64,000 nt of DNA from Pelagomonas calceolata (taxonomy: Eukaryota): positions 3,162,001-3,226,000 of the forward strand of contig CAKKNE010000001.1 of NCBI GenBank assembly GCA_918797485.1, read 5' to 3'. The position numbers were made by a program, and so were the translations under genes. This document shows positions 60,085-64,000 of this stretch, in pieces (within the stretch, counting starts at the first letter, position 1; each line of letters starts with the position of its first letter). The notes beneath the pieces are model-generated. The model worked only from the letters and a program-made list of their open reading frames with translations, had not been told where the DNA came from and searched no databases.

Positions 60085-62786
60085 TCACAGCTGCTTACTC
60101 TCCCCGACCTCGTCCAGATGGGCCGGCGTCGACGGCTTCGAGTCCGGCGACGGCGGCGGCGGCGGCAAATCGGACAGCGTCCGCCGCCGCGCGGCGTCGC
60201 GCCGCGACCGATCATCAGGAGAACCACCACGCCCAGACCAGGACTTGGCTCTTTTACCAAGAGAAGTAGAGGCAAGAGGCAACACCGTCCCCGCGTCGTC
60301 GGCCGTCTCCACGTCGTGCTGGTGCCACTCCTTCGTCTCGGACTCGTCGAGCGACGCCATCGATCTAAAGGAGGCCATCCGTCGCAACGACGTCGAGGAC
60401 GGTAACTTCGACCCGAACACGAGCTCATCTTCCTTCTCGTGGTCGTCGTCGTCCGGCAACGCGAAGGGGTGGTGCGCGCCGTGGTGCACGAAGCCGTCCA
60501 ATTCATGATGAGGTTCGGCGTGCAACGCCCCGCGCGTGCCGCGCTCCGCCTCCAACCCATGATCTTTTTCAGAAGGGTCGAGGACGTGTCGCGCGAACGC
60601 TTTCAATCGGTTTTCCTTCCGTACCGAACCCTTCTGCGAGCTGACCTCGTCGAAGCCCTCGAGGCACTGCTCCTGGTCGATCGTGTCCTCGACGCTATGC
60701 GTGAGGGTTTCTTTCGCCGACTTCGCCTTCCTAGAGTGAGAAGTAGAGCGCCAGGGCCCGTAGGACTTGCCATGCAACTTGCCGTCGGCGCCCCTATACA
60801 CGTTCGTATCCGAGGCTAGGACCTCGATCCGTTCCTTCGCGTCCTCGTTCGCGACCAAACGACTCCCTTCCAAGTGACTTCCAGGTAACCATCTCTGCAC
60901 CCTAATCTCCGCGCCGTCGTGCTCGTCCTCGTGGAGGGCCGCCCGAGTAGCGTCCAAGATCGCGTCGATCCGCTCTCGTAACTTCACATTCTGCTCGGCG
61001 GACATGTCGACGGCCGTCGGTAAGCGAACGTGGTCGTCGCGCACGTACATCTCGTTGACGCCTGCGTGGTCCGAACGGCCTCGAACTCGAAAAAGAAACA
61101 CGAGTCGTATCAGTGAAGTGAAGGCACCGCAACACTTCAAAACGCGGAGATCGCACAGTGCGCGAGGCCGAAATGATCGTTCGGATGCCACTGGCGGTAA
61201 TCAATAACGTCGCAGCCGAGCTTCTGCATCATCTTCTGGAGCGAACCGGACATGTCCCAGTGGGCGTGGGACTTCGTCTGCAAGCAGAAGTAGGTCGCGT
61301 GCTCGCGACCGGACGTGTCCGCCGTGTCGGCAATCGCCTGCGTGGGAATCAAAGTTCAACTTGTGCTTCAATTTGAGGTTTGTTGGGGTCGGAGTGCGGT
61401 GTTTCTGTCTATCCCTCGGAGATCGTGTCCAAGTTTGAGCCGAGATAACGAGACGCGGGTACAGGCCTCGGCGATCTGGTACTTGGCCTTCTTCTCGTAC
61501 TCTTCGAGCTTCCGTCGTAGACCGGCGGGACACACCAACATCGACACAAGTACCGCCAGACAAATGGCGTTATGGGTGTCCTTCGAGATGATCCGGCCCG
61601 ACTTAATTTCAGTAGCCGCGACACCGGCGATAAAAAAAGACATCTCGCCCCACTCGCCCCAGGCCCAGGCCAGGATCCAGAAGTGGTCGCTGTCCAGCGG
61701 CTGGGCGAAGGCGCCCATCGCCAGTTTAGCGATGGATACGGTGCATAGGATACACGCCTTGGTTAAAGATTGCGTGTTCATGTGTTCGATGGGTATTTCG
61801 AACCCAATCGTCGCCGCAAAAAACAAGCGCATCAACCACGCATAGACTCTTTTTACCTGGCGGTCCCACGTCGCGTGGACGACGTGGTCGCTACAGAAAC
61901 ATAGACCAGCTAAGAAGGCTCCCAATAACTCCGAACTACCAGAATATTTACAGACCGGTATCAAGATGATGGCCGCCGAAAACAAACATAAAAGGACAGC
62001 GTTCGGTCGATGGTGCTGCGGCACTCTTGGTAAAATATGCTTCTCGAGCCACCGCGGCACGATCTTGACCGCGGCCCAGCCCACTATGAGGACCAGTAAA
62101 ATCATACTACCCAAAGGTAGCGCGTAGGCCATCGGTTTTGCTCGCCGCATCATGTTGTCGACGCAAGTCAACAACGTGATATTCACCAATTCATTCACCG
62201 ACGCCGCGGCGATGATCAACTGGCCGATGGGCTGGTTGATGACCGAACCGGCTTTGAGGACATTAAGGGCAATACCAGTCGACATCGTCGCCGTGCACGC
62301 GCCGACGACAAAGGCCGGCGTTAATTTGGCGCCCCAGGCCAATGCTACTAATAGTCCAAGTCCTAAAGGTGCGGCACTCCCGACGAATCCGACAGCTAAA
62401 CCTCGCGCGCCCACAATTTCCAACATCTCGACGTCGACCATCAGACCCGCTTCCAACGCATGTAAGCACAGACCCACTTCTCCTATACTCTTAAGAGCGG
62501 AGGGGAAAGGCACGAAGTCCACGACGTGGGGCCCTAGGATCACGCCGACCAGGATCTCGCCCACGAGCGACGGCGCGCCTGCCGCGGCCGCGATCTTGCC
62601 GCTGATCCACACGAGAATGATGAAGATGACCGTGTAAAAAATCTCCGTGAAGTGAGTGAACTTGTCTTCTTTTTTGTCATGGTCATTTTTGTCGCATGGT
62701 GGTACAGCAGTGGCCTCCTCGGCCTTGGCGGCGAGAGCTAAAAGGAGGAGCAGCCCGCTCAGGCAGTGGTAGCGCAGGCGCCCCAT
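60085..62786 (-). CDS. Cation/H+ antiporter (CPA2/Na_H_Exchanger) with long cytosolic tail; exons 62786-61467, 61337-61157, 61061-60085
   Basis: PSLVGEILVGVILGP, SELLGAFLAG, LFFAATIG, WGEMSFF; a 129-nt GC-AG intron and a 95-nt GT-AG intron join three ORFs in frame. Confidence 0.85.
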
Positions 62787-63225
62787 GGGTGCGCCGGAGG
62801 CTGCGTTTCCACTGCTATGCGGTGTGCGCCGACTACAACAATGCGGCCATCACTTTATGCTTGACATCACAGTGCGAACCGTGCGGGCTTTGTACGCGAG
62901 GTCTCGGGGACTCCGTGCGGAGGGTCCCCGACGCATCGACGCGGCCGGCTACGGTTGCTGGGCCTAAGATTTTGAATTCGGGTCCGCGGACCGCGGCGCG
63001 GTGCGGGGGAGTTTGCTCTGCTTTGCTAGAGCTTGGCCGCCTAGCCACCGCGACCGACGCGAAGTCTGCTTGACCGCACGCCCGCCCCGGCCTCATGCGC
63101 TGTCGCCCCGAGTGTTAGCTCGGAGGCGACGATGGCGAGGGGGTAAAAGGCGCCCGCCGCCGATGAATCGGCGACGCGCAACAGCAAAGTCACGGTACCA
63201 CATTCTTAGTAGCTACAAAGGTTCA

Positions 63226-64000
63226 TCACGACGCCCCGAGCGCGAGGAGCGACGCCGCGGCGTCGAAGGCCGCGGGCGGCGCGCACGCGACGCGCACGCG
63301 CTGTTTCGGCGAGGCGGGCGGCTCGTCGCGCCCGCGCTTCTTTACGCCGCCCGGCGCCGGGCGCACGGGGCGCAGCGCGAGGAGGTCGTCCAAGTTTTCC
63401 GAGGCACCGGCCCGTTCGTAGACCGTCTCCGCCTCCTGCTGATCAGTAGACCTCCGCCGGTAGCCGAAGTTGTTGAGCTGGCGCTGGAACGACGCGTACT
63501 TCGAGTGCTTGTAGTACTTCGACAGGTTGCGCTCGAGCGCCGCGGGGTCCGGGATCACGATCTCGCCCCGGCGCCAGCGGATGATCTCGGGCCGCTCCTC
63601 GATCATGCGCTTGAGCTGGGCCACGAAGGGGATCGCGCGCCGCTGCTGCTCGTGCGGCGGCGTCACGGGCGGCGTCACAACAGGCGGCACTACCACAGGC
63701 GGCGGCCGCGCGAAGCGCGGCAGCGCCCGGCCCGGCGGCCGCACGAAGGGCAGCGCCCGGCCCGGCGGGAAGCCGCGTGGCGCCGGCAGCGCCAGCGGCA
63801 CCCACCCTGCCGGCGCGGGCGCGGGCGCGACGCCGCGCGGCGCAGGGAGCGGGACCCAGCCGGCCGGCGCTGGCGCCGCGGCGCCGCGCGGCCGCGGCAG
63901 CGGCACCCACCGCGCCGGCGCCGGCCCGGGGACGACGCCCCGCGCCGGCGCCGCGCCGACGACGGGCATTAGTGGCAGCCAGCCCGCCCCGGGCGGCGGC
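63226..64000 (-). CDS. HSF-type DNA-binding domain protein, 5' end outside the window; Pro-rich tandem repeats
   Basis: PFVAQL..MIE....IIRW...LSKYYKHSKYASFQRQLNNFGY; repeats of PAPAGWVPLP.PRG. Confidence 0.9.
   Translation of the reverse strand, partial: PPPGAGWLPLMPVVGAAPARGVVPGPAPARWVPLPRPRGAAAPAPAGWVPLPAPRGVAPAPAPAGWVPLALPAPRGFPPGRALPFVRPPGRALPRFARPPPVVVPPVVTPPVTPPHEQQRRAIPFVAQLKRMIEERPEIIRWRRGEIVIPDPAALERNLSKYYKHSKYASFQRQLNNFGYRRRSTDQQEAETVYERAGASENLDDLLALRPVRPAPGGVKKRGRDEPPASPKQRVRVACAPPAAFDAAASLLALGAS

Noticed and set aside
1..64000. rRNA, tRNA (including tRNA-Sec), snRNA genes or an autonomous transposase
   Set aside because: No recognisable signatures by eye; a covariance-model scan would be needed to exclude them.

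Overview
GC-rich, gene-dense eukaryotic nuclear DNA with about 40 genes, short intergenic spacers, GT-AG and GC-AG introns, and no recognisable rRNA, tRNA or CRISPR. The style (introner elements with 8-bp target-site duplications, plastid-type presequences, a selenoprotein) suggests a pelagophyte alga such as Pelagomonas or Aureococcus; this is inference. The main observation is one reading frame at 32453-34186 that joins an internal 76-aa ubiquitin domain (ending LRLRGG) to a deiodinase-like thioredoxin-fold domain across two in-frame TGA codons (33362 and 33776). The second TGA is at the catalytic SxUPPF position, and a GUGA-type SECIS hairpin follows at 34200-34259. The ORF track splits this frame into three pieces. 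Other observations: two copies of one introner MITE that create spliceosomal introns; a bipartite GCTAGC-N-TAAGACACTAG motif in about 11 gene 5' flanks; two further dispersed intergenic elements; two unrelated adjacent membrane-protein genes sharing 5' and 3' flanks; and several unusual domain fusions (nocturnin/CCR4 + EF-hands, OS-9 + Tudor, F-box + actin-like, multipass TM + SH3, HET-like + ankyrin). All family calls come from motif recognition by eye, and exon structures are predictions.
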